A stretch of 64,000 bases of DNA, taken from NCBI RefSeq assembly GCF_026571515.1, contig NW_026857023.1:1-64000 (forward strand). Reading direction: 5' to 3'. A program made the position numbers and the translations under genes. This stretch comes from Ruditapes philippinarum. Taxonomy: Eukaryota. Below are positions 1-11,545 of the stretch, piece by piece. The number at the start of each line of letters is the position of its first letter. Positions within the stretch are counted from its first letter, which is position 1. The notes under the pieces are model-generated. The model saw nothing but the letters and a program-made list of their open reading frames with translations. It was not told the DNA's origin and did no database searches.

Positions 1-216
1 TAATATGACCTCTATTGCTTTTTGGGTTATTAGGTCACAGTTACACTGACATCCTTTTCTTAGTTTCCTCAGTCAAAACAAAGTTTGTGAAAATGCAACT
101 TTTTTGGGTCAAATTTCCATTTTGAAGCTGGATTTTATGTATTTATCTTATTTTTTATTTTTTTATAAACTTTAAAGTTGATTTGTAATAACTATATTTT
201 CAAGTTTATGTGTTAA

Positions 217-557
217 AGCAGCACATCTCCAGATTCATGATAATTTTCATGAAAATTTTAAAAATGTATTTAAAAGTGAAATAATGTGAGGTGAACAAAT
301 AAAGTAATTTACATATTGCAATCGGTACTTACACGTAAATTACCAAATAGTGGTCAACATATGCAAAAACAGCCCTTAGTGCATTAGTAACGCAGTAGAA
401 ATTTGGTGATAAAATACTGCGAAATCAGTGTTAACCGCATATAACATGTAAAATATAACTTGGATCTTGAATGTTTTTTCCTTCCTTAAAAGTTTAGTGC
501 ATTTTTCTCAATATTGATTTTCTTGAAATATTTTGGTTCATCTGGAGGCATGCAGCT
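217..557. mobile_element. Kolobok-like MITE
   Basis: TTAA on both sides; imperfect 18-bp TIR AGCAGCACATCTCCAGAT / ATCTGGAGGCATGCAGCT. Confidence 0.7.
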
Positions 558-860
558 TTAAAGGAGCTCTGTTAAGGTGCAAAGCATAAATACATAATAT
601 ATGATAATCGTAGATAGATATCAACTTGGGCACTTAGAACGGAAATATTATGAAAGGGATATAAAAGTAATATACTCTGAAATAATTGAAAGTCAATATT
701 TAATGTGATTCAAGCCTAATTTGAGGTCAAAGCATTACAAGGCTTTTCATACCTTTTGTGAATTTGTACAATAAAGATAATTGTTCTGGAAAATCGTAGT
801 GAGTGAATGAACTGAAATTTTGCACACAAGTTAATAGGTTTTTAGATATATATATATATG

Positions 861-2262
861 AGAGCTATTGTAGTCGCCCCGGCGTCAGCGTCTGCGTCGG
901 CGTCTGCGTTGGTTAAAGTTTTTTGTAAAATCAAATATCTCAATTATTACTTGAGATATTCAATTGAAACTTACAATACTTATTTATAGTAACAAGGTAC
1001 ATCAGATTGACAAGTTGGATAACTCTGCCTACAATATTGACAGAATTATGCCCCTTTTTAACTTAGAAATTTTGGTTAAAGTTTTTTGTAAAGTCAAATA
1101 TCTCAATTACTACTTGAGATATTCAATTGAAACTTACAATACTTATTTATAGTAACAAGGTTGAACAGATTGACAAGTTGGATAACTCTGCCTACAATAT
1201 TGACAGAATTATGCCCCTTTTTAACTTAGAAATTTTGGTTAAAGTTTTTTGTAAAGTCAAATATCTCAATTATTGCTTGAGATATTCAATTGAAACTTAC
1301 AATACTTATTTATAGAAACAAGGTACATCAGATTGACAAGTTGGATAACTATGCCTACAATATTGACAGAATTATGCCCCTTTGGAACATAGAAATTTTG
1401 GTTAAAGTTTTTATGTAAAGTCAAATATCTCAATTATTGCTTTAGATATTCAATTGAAATTTAAAATACTTTTTTATAGTAACAATGTACATCAGTTTGC
1501 AAAATTGCATAACTCTGTGTGCAATATTTGCAGAATTATTTGCCCCTTTGAAAATTAGAAATTTTGGTTAAAGGTCTTCAAAGATATTTACTTGAAACTT
1601 TACACATGCACTTAGGGTCATAATTGGAGGGTCATAATTGTATGTCACTGACCAAGTTCCATAACTCTATCTTGCATTAAGGCTGATTCATATCCCCTAT
1701 TCTACTTAGTCTCTTGGTTAATGTTTGCATGCAAGTTTTACATATCTCAATAACTATTAAAGATATTTATTTAAAACTTCACATATGCATTTAGGGTCAT
1801 AATTGTAGGTCACTGACAAAGATCCATTCTATCTTGCATTTAGGCTGATTTTTCTCCCCTTTTTCAACTTAGAAATTCATGGTAAAGTTTTGCTTTTAAG
1901 CTGTTATCTCCATAACTACTGAAGGGTTTGTGCCTTTTTTGGGACAATTTATGCATTCATAATAATAAAGCAGTGATTTACTTGATAAAACATCTTAATA
2001 ACAAGCCTTTGTACCTTTTCTGTCATATTTATGTATTCATAGGTAATTAGTATTATTATACTCAATAAAACACCCTTGTCACATTACTCTTAGAATAGTC
2101 AAGCCAATACTGTATAATTAGACTCTCTCTAAGGCTTATAACATGAATTTATATAAAAAAATTAGCCCTTTTGTGAACTTAAAAAATTTAACATTATCAA
2201 GGCTGTTTTACTATCAAGCACTTAGAATAGTCGAGCGTGCTGTCCTACCGACAGCTCTTGTT
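861..2262 (+). mobile_element. Helentron-associated (HINE/DINE-like) element with 163-bp internal tandem repeats
   Basis: (GGCGTC)-type microsatellite; 163-bp period (ORFs 964 and 1127 near-identical); terminal hairpin GCTGTC..GACAGC then TCTTGTT. Confidence 0.8.
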
Positions 2263-2720
2263 TTTGTATAGATTTTCATCAAATGGTATAAAAATAAAAA
2301 AATGAAAATATTTCCAGTCCTGTGACGTCAAAAACTTCAGTGGGCTCCCCTAATTTTGGTCTATTTAAAGAAATTTGTAACAAATAGAAATATTTATATG
2401 GTATCGTGTTGATATATACAGATTCAATATATAATCTTAATACATTTGTGATGCAGTAAGCAGTAATATGAGAATCAAAGTTTTATTTAGAAAATAACTT
2501 GAAAACAAGCTTAATGATATACCACCAATACTTTTCTGCTTAAAATGTTTCTGTTATATGTTTAAAAGTTTAAAATGAATTCCATTACCCAGTTTCATTC
2601 TACCTATAATTATTATGTCTATATACATGTATAACTAGATGCAGCATACAATTGTACGGCTTTAAGACAATCAAATACTGTACTAATTTCAAGTGTTATT
2701 TGTGTTCTTTTTTTATATAT

Positions 2721-3057
2721 AGAGGATATTGAATGAGTGTAAGTTCAATACTGAATTTATTGCACAAGTTGAATAAAATTATATAATGCGAGCCTCTGGT
2801 GCGCATAATATTATTTTATTCAACAAGTTCAATAAATTCAGTAATGAACTTACACGAATTTGATATTCTATTTATCACATACCCAAAATAAAGACCGTTT
2901 TAAGTGAAAAAAGAGTCATTTTTCATTGACGCGTCTAAAGTATAACGTTAACATTTAGCTCGACTATGTTTGTGTAACGCAAATGACTTCACGTAAAAAT
3001 ATGTGCCTGTGCAATACATTTTTACAGAGTCGCAAAATCGACTTGGGTGGGTGATAA
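2721..3057 (+). mobile_element. Non-autonomous double-inverted-repeat element (Crypton-like), copy 1
   Basis: Starts AGAGGATATT; ~65-bp IR pair, then TTATCACA..TGATAA pair; absent at the matching site in copy A'. Confidence 0.7.
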
Positions 3058-3437
3058 GTATGAATATTTTATATGACTAATAACAATGGTGTTTTAGTAA
3101 GACTTTTAAATGTTATACTAGACAACATGTACATCATGTTACAGGCATTAAGTAATTATAACATTAATATTTTGGTATTTTTGTAACTACGCAATATGTA
3201 TTTGTAACTGATGAGATGTGGATTTAATGCTTAAAGCAAATTATATTTGTATATTTATTTGATTTAAAGAAAAAATATTGATTGTGCTTACTGAACAAAA
3301 TTCTTATATTATTTTTTTTTTTTCTTAAACTAAAATCTTAAAGCTATCTACAATACGGCATCAGGCCAGAATGTACTTTCTTGGAGAATGACCTAATTCT
3401 AATACTACTCAATCTATTGACTGTTTATTAAGTATCT

Positions 3438-3788
3438 AGAGGATATTGAATGAGTGTAAGTTCAATACTGAATTTATTGCACAAGTTGAATAAAATTATA
3501 TATTTTGCGAACCTCTGGTGCGCATTATATTATTTTATTCAATGAGTTCAATAAATTCAGTAATGAACTTACCTATTTTAATATTCTATTTATCACATAC
3601 ACAAAATAAACACCGTTTAAAGTGAAAAAAGAGTCATTTTTCATTGACCCGCCTATAGTATAATGCTAACATTTAGTGCATCTTTACACTATGTTTGTAT
3701 TACGCTAATGACGTCGCGTCAAAATATATGCACGGCTGTGCAATACCATATTTATGGAGTTGCTAAATCGGCATGGGCGTGTGATAAA
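3438..3788 (+). mobile_element. Same element, copy 2 (partial copy also at ~10290-10490)
   Basis: High similarity to 2721-3057. Confidence 0.7.
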
Positions 3789-4167
3789 ATTCAATTATAC
3801 TGAAAATTGTGATAATAACAATTGACATTTCCTAATTTTAAACATGGAATGTAGGATAAAAAATTGGGAAAAAAAATTTGTGTGTGTTTAAAAAGGTACA
3901 ATGCAAAAATTGTCTGTTTTATATCAATTATTAAAAGAAGATAATATAAACTGTTTACTGTTAGCACCATACTCAAATGTATCTTTAGAGGCCAATGTAG
4001 GTTTACTATTTGTCCCTCCTTCTTTTCTATGAAAACTGAATCTTCAACTGTAACTCAAATAGTAGAAAATCTAGGTTTATAATACTTGATAAATGGATTC
4101 TGTGACAAGCTCTTGTATATCATGCAAGCATTAAATGTCAATTTTAATAAGATTTAATTTTGTTTAA

Positions 4168-4506
4168 AGGTCCATTATGCCTCAGAAATGTTATTATTTT
4201 TATTTCACAAAAACTTTAAAATTTTGGTATCAATGTGACAGTTTCCAATAAATACTCATTTGCCATTTAAATGAACTTTCTTTGCTTCTTTTGTTTGTTA
4301 ATTATAGTGAATAAGTATTTTTTATGGAAGTCAAAATTCTACTTTGTTTACATTTTGCTACCTTTATGATACATAGCTACAGATTCAGAGCTACTGTCTG
4401 CAGATGTTTAACATGCTCTATATCCGTTATTAAAACATTTTTAAACACATTTTTGACATTTCTAAAAAATTTCATAAAATATGGATTTCTGAGGCATTAT
4501 GTGCCT
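4168..4506. mobile_element. Kolobok-like MITE
   Basis: TTAA flanks; TIR AGGTCCATTATGCCTCAGAAAT / ATTTCTGAGGCATTATGTGCCT; absent in copy A'. Confidence 0.78.
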
Positions 4507-4612
4507 TTAAAACTAAAATTTTATTAAAGTTTATCATATCTTTTATATATTATTCTAACATGACATTTTTATGATCCTCACTTATATAGATCTGAGAGTA
4601 TATTCTATTTTT

Positions 4613-4649
<37 letters not shown>

Positions 4650-6021
4650 ATTACTCTGTGAATAATTATAACATTGGTCATAACCAGTCCTTGTGCAAGG
4701 TGAAATTCCTCCTTGACAAAATTTGATCTTGTACATTAAGTCTAATCATAGTAATGGTCATTTGTTTTTCTTGAACAGTTGATTCAGAAAACATGGGATA
4801 GAAGTATGTCACTTGTGAAGGTATTAGCTGGTTAGATGGAATGATCAAAAATATGATCAAATCTGTGTAAAAACCAGCTTAACAAAGAAACAGAATAAAT
4901 ATAGTGCGTTCATTCTTTAAACAACAGCTTTCATATAATTATATAACAAAGAAAGAAACATTTTTTTTTACCTCTTAATGACCTTGTGACCTCTAATTAA
5001 GTGACCTTCTATGTTAAGAAAAGTTTATTGTTGTATTGTTTGTTATTCATTAAAAGCTTTGGGACTTGGCTAGTTATGTTTCATGATAACATTATATACA
5101 TGTTCTTTATTTCTTTTTTTGTGACCAAACAGCTTACTCAGGAACTGTGACCAACTTAATTTTATTTGTTTTTGCATATTTTATTATTATTATTATCCTA
5201 GTCTTTTTTTTTCATCAGTCTGTTAGTGATATATTGTTTATTCAGAATATTGATAATTCAGTATTGTCACATTGGACATTTTTTGTTATTTTTGTATGCA
5301 GAAATTGGAAAGAAATTTATTAAGTTTTAGAGCTGCTACCTCGTTCTTGTAGTAATTTACCACCAGCCTTGCTGTTTAACATATTTATATACCATTATGA
5401 AAAAGGATATGGACAAAGGTTTTATTATGACATTTAAAAAACAAATCTGATCCCTGGCTCAGACTTGCTATGTTGTGTAGTTATGAAATTATATTATCCT
5501 ATGTTGAATTTATCTATGCTGAACCACATATGATAAAATTTTGAGTGAATACAAAAAACCCAAAAACAACAAACTCATAACATGATTTAGCAGCTTAAAA
5601 TCGCAACAATTTTTTAAAAAGTAAAATGAATCTCTATTTTGTTCTTTAGGTGACAACAAAGTTCTTTGGTAATTATCACTGCTTGTGGATAATATATTTT
5701 TTATTGACCACTTGAAAAATTAATCTGGTCTCAGCTTTGGATATATTTATTATATATGTTGTATTAACTAACATGTAGTTTGTATCAAAGATGTAATATT
5801 TTAATAAAATTGGGACTGTTGCTATAAATTGTTTTTTTTTTGTATTATCTCACTAATTTCAACACATTGAAATTATGTAAAAAATAAAAGATATTTCTGT
5901 GGTTTTGAGTCTGCTCAATTAATGAATTCATGCAGTTCCATATTTTATGCTACCCTTACATAAAATAAAGGAAGCCATTGCAGTACAATGTAATGTAATG
6001 CCTTTGTCTGTAAATGATATT

Positions 6022-9000
6022 AGATAGATACTTTTTATTCCTCCAATATTGAAGAGCAAAACATATTTACAAAACGAACAATAACAAAGCATGGCATATG
6101 TACAATAAATTAAAAATCATAACATCTAAGCAAATATCATTTGTTATAATCGAATAAATATATGGAGATATGCTGATATCTGCATTTATCTCATAGGATG
6201 ACATAAAATGTATGTAACAGACTTCATTTATATAAAAACCACATCGTATTTGTATTTACTTTGCAAAAACTAGAAGTTGACTATCAAATTATAAAGTATA
6301 CAGGATACAAAAGATATATTTAATTGCTAAAGTTTAGTTTGAGAATTCATGTTTATTCATATCTTTCTTCGGTTACTTCTGTCAAAATTTTACTCGAAAC
6401 GAAATAGCAGAATGATGACTAAGTTATTAGAGTATTTAAAGGTACTCTAGGAATATAACCAACTGTAAATTGATGGTGTTTAAGAAAAGACGACATTCAA
6501 TGTTACAATACCTATCATACTGTTATATAATTACGATGAATTATTTCCAACCGAGGAAAAAAAACAAATTATAAAAACATAGATAGATAATGATAGTTTT
6601 TATGAGATCATATCAGTGTTTAAGACGTTATACATTAATGTCTCACAATAATGCAATTATATATACTTGAACAACTTGTATAGGCATTTTGCAATACTAT
6701 AATTGTGCAATATCTTCCCATCATTATCTGCAGCAAACTGAACAACGCGCCAGCACTGACTTTCTATTGTTGTTGTTGTAAGGGATAAGAATATATCCAT
6801 GCCTTTCGATTGAATTATTGCATCCCATAATTGTTTTCTCCTTGCAGAGTGTTTTGTACAAAAGCATATCACATGCGCCACAACACTATCGTTTAAAAGT
6901 TCACAGTTTTTACATAAAGAAATATAGTTTGGTGTCAAACAAGTACCAATTAAGTCTAACAAGAGGGAGCAAATATATTGTTGTTTCGGATTATGTCGGG
7001 CCACTTTCCACAGTTGCGATGGACTATCAGACAGAACAATCCGTTGGAGCTCTTGCCTTTTTGAGAGCAACCTTTCAAATCTATCATTTCTCTCTCTGTA
7101 AAACAGTTTTTATCAGTACCGATTTCCAAGACTGTTTAGAAGGAAATATACCACAATTCACAAAAGTTATCACTACTTCTTCAAGATTATACTTTTGAAG
7201 CAGGCTATAAATGTCAGGGATAAATCCAAATATTTGTTTATCAAAGAGTAGATATTTGGTCAGTCTGTTGATAAATACGTGTTTTACCAAATATCTGCAA
7301 GGTAAACGACACAGTTGTCCGAAAAATTGAAGCTTCCTGTAATTTATGATAGTTTCAATATCATTGAGGTTAATTGCATTCAGGGCTAAGTCTGTTGGAG
7401 TTCTTGGTTTGAGTCCCTGAATGAATTTCGCACAAAACCTATGAGAAATTTCCAGCTGTTGCATATCTGTAGACGAGTAACTATTCCAAAGTTCACAACC
7501 ATACAATGCACGAGGAATGACAACAGAGCAATAAATAGTTCTTGAGGTGATTGGGTTTAAAAGTTGAGGATTTATGCCATTATTATGAATGCTTAGCAAA
7601 GTGTCGCGAAGTTTGTTCCCTGCATCAAATATTGGTTTCTTTGTGTTGAGGGTTTTTCAGTCTCTATGCCTAAATGTTTATAACTTTTTGTTTCTTTGAT
7701 CACTTCATTTCCTAATTTGAACACACGATTATCTTTTGATTCTGTATCTCTTTCGTTATAAATAATTATTCCACACTTCATGACATTATAGTTATATCTC
7801 CATTGACGGGAATAATTGGAGCATATATCGAGCATTTTGTCCATACCACATTTCGACAATGACACTAGGACCATATCATCGGCTACAGCTGGGGTTGAAA
7901 CATTTAGGTCATATACACAAAAGCCATATCCACACTTCTCTAATTCCTTTATCAACCCATCAATGAAGAGGAGGTAAAATAATGGCGAACTTTTCCCTCC
8001 TTGTCTAGTTCCTTGTAATACGGAAAAACTGTCTGATTTGATACCTTGATACTTAACATAGCTAGTCACTCGTTTATACATTTCGACAATGGAGATTATT
8101 GTTGTATTGTCTACTTCACACTGCATCAGTTTGTAAAATAATCCCGAATGCCAGACATTGTCGAAGGCTTGACGTCCATCTAAATAGCACACGTACAACT
8201 TAGAAGAGTTTTCACGGGCAAACAATATGCTCTCGCGTAATAGAAATGACGTCATCAAGCAACCGAGTTTCTCTTGAAAACCACCTTGTTGAGAACTAAG
8301 TTTTTCCAGTAAAGTATTTTTACATCTTGATAACAATACAAGCTCGTACAATTTCAAAATTACTGATGATAATGTTATAGCACGATAGTTATTGGGATCA
8401 TCCTTCCTTTTATTTCCTCTATGTAAGGTTATAATCACGCCTTTTTTCATATCGTCTGGAATGTAGCCAATCCTAAGCATATGTGTGAAGATATTGGATA
8501 AAATTCTAGAAACAATGTCTTTTGAGTAAATTAAATGTTCGTACACTAAATTATCCTCACCACATGCTTTTCCTACTGGCAGGGTCTGTATAGCCTCAGA
8601 AACTGTATCTGGAAGCACACGTACTGTTTTATCGGTTGTGATACGCCCTAGTGTTTCATTTACCGTCGCTGTCACTGACTGCTTCCAATATTCATCATAT
8701 TCTTGGGATTCATTAAATGTATACAAAGATTGGAAATACAGTCCCCACTCTTTTGAAATTTATTCTCGGTCTCTTATTATTTTACCGTTGAAGTTTATAC
8801 CTTCAGTCATTTTACATGGACTCTTTCGTTTTCTGGAATTCACTAGTTTCCAAAATTGAGTTGAATCGATTTCTGCAGTTCTATCCAACTCGTTGTCCTG
8901 TTGAATAAGAAAATCCTCTGAGCATTTTCTCAGCATCTTGCGAAAGTCTCGTTTAGATGATTTATATTTAACGTAAAATACATTGTCGTTTCTACGTGGT

Positions 9001-9890
9001 CTCCCATCACGACACCATTCCTCGCGTAGCAATAGCATTTTCTTGTGTAAGGACGATAGTTCGTCATTCCAGAAGGGTTTTAAATATTCCTTAAAACGTT
9101 TCTGTGGTAACACTTGACACGCACTGTTCAATAAACTAGCGGAAATCACTGTGTATGCTCAATCAATACCATCTTTATCGAAGTCACAATATTCAAGTTC
9201 AATAAATTCATTGTCAGATAATAATAAAGACTGATATTGCACAATGCTATCATTAGATGCTTTCTTCCAATTAATATTATACACATTACTGCTTAAATTT
9301 GTTAGCATACTTGGTTCTACATATATATGAATAGACATGACAACAGGTCGGTGCCTCGATACATTTAGACTATTATCATCCATGATTTCACAATAAGACA
9401 CAAGATCAAGCACTTCATTAGGTAAACATATATAGTCAATAAGTGTTGAAAAACGATCATCATATGAAACATATGAACATGTGGCACCATAACATGTTGG
9501 TAACGTATTCACAGCTATCAAGTTACAATCTGTTAAAAACTTAAGCATATAACTGTGACGAGATGTTAAGCTATTCCATTGTGAATTATAGTCACCAATA
9601 AACATAGTCATACCATATTGTGAATACATGTAATACAAATCATATAGTTTATTAATGTAATTTACAAAGGAGTTCAGTGAATGATTAGTACATGGTAGGT
9701 ATATTTGAAATATATACATATACTGGTTCAACCCAACCTACAATTCTGTCATCGTCAATGTTTAATGGCGTTACAATATTATCAAAACGCTTATGCCATA
9801 AAAGGGCAACGCCACCATTACCTGATCGAGATCTGGATAATTTATTACTCTTATCACACACAGCATGGAAATTATAGTCTTTCTCAATAC
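6022..9890 (-). mobile_element. Non-LTR retrotransposon (APE+RT LINE, clade uncertain, possibly RTE-X-like), 5'-truncated and decayed
   Basis: APE motifs (GGVALLW, IGDYN, IDYI, SRHRPV); RT motifs (NYRAITL, QGGFQ, LDGRQAFD, QGGKSSP, ADD, YKHLG); C-terminal Cys/His motif; 3' end GGAGGAATAAAAAG-(TATC)n. Confidence 0.92.
6657..9890 (-). pseudogene. LINE ORF2 broken by stops (9159, 8760) and frameshifts (~7650, ~7080)
   Basis: ORF pieces 9159-9731, 8760-9149 and 7593-8726 share a frame; 7084-7599 and 6657-7070 are shifted. Confidence 0.9.
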
Positions 9891-10656
9891 GTTTGTGATG
9901 CAGTAAGCAGTATTTTATATGAGAATCAAAGATTTATTTAGAAAATAACTTGAAAACAAACTTAATGATAGATCACCAATACTTTTCTGCTTAAAATGTT
10001 TCTGTTATATTCTAAGAAAAGTTTAAAAAGAATTCTATTACACAGTTTCATTCTGCCTATATTATGTCTATATACATATATAACTATATGCAGCATATGT
10101 CTTAAAGACAATCAAATACAATAATATTCAAGTGTTATTTGTGTTCTTTTTTTATATGTATGAATATTTTATATGACTAATAACAATCATGTTTAAGTAG
10201 GACTTTTAAACGTTATACTAGACAACATGTACATCATGTTACAGCTAGGCATTAAGTCATTATAACATTAATATTTTGATATTTTTGTGCAAAATAAATA
10301 CCGTTTAAAGTGAAAAAAGAGTCAGAAAAAAAGAGTCATTTTTCATTGACGCGCCTATAGTTTAACGCTTACATTTAGGGCATCTTTACACTATGTTTGT
10401 ATAACGCTAATGACGTCACGTCAAAATATATGCACAGCTGTGCAATACCATATTTATGGAGTCGCAAAATCAGCACGGGCGTGTGATAAAATTCAATTAT
10501 ACTGAAAAGTGTGATGATAACAATTGACATTTCCTAATTTTAAACATGGAATGTAGGATAAAAAATTAAAAGAATTTTTTTTTTGTGTTTAAAAAAAGGT
10601 ACTATGCAAAAATTGTCTGTTTTATACGGTAATATCAATTATTAAAAGAAGATAAT

Positions 10657-10878
10657 TGTTTCATATTTAATTCTACATTAAATATATATTGTTTCATATT
10701 TAATTCTACATTAAATATATATTGCATGCAGTACCTTTAAACTTGATTGTTAGGCTCCGCCTACTTAGTGTACTGACCAATTATATAACTACATATTGTT
10801 AAACAGTCTTAGAAATAAACTCATAGTATCAACATCTCGTATTCTCTGCATCCACACCAAAATAACACACATAAAACA
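10657..10878 (+). repeat. 5' LTR (222 bp)
   Basis: Two substitutions relative to 3' LTR; internal 33-bp tandem duplication; AATAAA. Confidence 0.96.
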
Positions 10879-10889
10879 TGGTGTCAGAA
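10879..10889 (+). promoter_or_regulatory. Primer binding site TGGTGTCAGAA (tRNA-Leu)
   Basis: Directly follows 5' LTR; complementary to tRNA-Leu 3' end TTCTGACACCA. Confidence 0.85.
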
Positions 10890-10966
10890 TAAAAGGATTT
10901 AATTATTTATAATAATTAAAATAACAGGAATTAAACGTATTCTGGATTTATAACCATTGTAAAAAG

Positions 10967-11545
10967 ATGGATTCAGCAACAAATCCAAGAATTGACTGGG
11001 AAGCCAGAGACTTGCCAACTGCATTTAAGAAGTTTAAAGAACATTGTGACTTTATGTTTGGAGGGCCACTAGAGAAGAAAACAGAGGAGGCAAAATGCAA
11101 TTACTTAATGTTATGGGTTGGTGAGAAGGGTCGCCAAATATTTTCAACCTGGACAGTTACAGCTGAAGAAAGAAAACTGCTTCAGACATATTATCAAGGT
11201 TTCGAGACATATTGCGCACCCAAAGTGAATCACATTTACTCAAGGTATAAATTTAAATCGTGTATACAATCTGAAGGACAGACCTTTGAAGAGTTCGTCA
11301 CAGATTTGAAATTACTAATAAAGGACTGTGGCTACGCAGAAGAGATACAAAGCGAGATGATACGTGATCACATTGTATTTGGTGTACGTTCCCACCAGAT
11401 AAGAGAGAAACTCATAAATGAAGGATCAAACTTGACACTTGAAAAATGTATTGACTTGTCTCGCACTTATGCATTAAGTCAGACACAGCTAAGGGATATA
11501 AGCAGTCAAGAAATCCTCAGCAGCAACAGCAGCAGCACCATTTAA
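10967..11545 (+). CDS. gag: Gag N-terminal/capsid part, cut off by frameshift
   Basis: MHR-like QSEGQTFEEFVTDL and MIRDHIVFG; zinc knuckles lie in the +1 frame, which is open from 11502. Confidence 0.85.
   Translation: MDSATNPRIDWEARDLPTAFKKFKEHCDFMFGGPLEKKTEEAKCNYLMLWVGEKGRQIFSTWTVTAEERKLLQTYYQGFETYCAPKVNHIYSRYKFKSCIQSEGQTFEEFVTDLKLLIKDCGYAEEIQSEMIRDHIVFGVRSHQIREKLINEGSNLTLEKCIDLSRTYALSQTQLRDISSQEILSSNSSSTI

Larger units (their letters stand above)
2439..6021 (+). repeat. Segmental duplication copy A (abuts LINE 3' end)
   Basis: Colinear with 9886-10656 + 15664-17531; begins aatacatttgtgatgcagtaagcagta, ends ctttgtctgtaaatgatatt. Confidence 0.93.

Noticed and set aside
964-1315. Duplicated 62-aa ORFs (similarly 59259-59699, 19341-19574, 55863-57043)
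   Set aside because: Chance frames within satellite monomers
562-2352. Outer Kolobok element enclosing the 861-2262 HINE
   Set aside because: TIR match (GGAGCTCTGTTAAG vs GGAGCCCACTGAAG) and right-hand TTAA too degenerate to call
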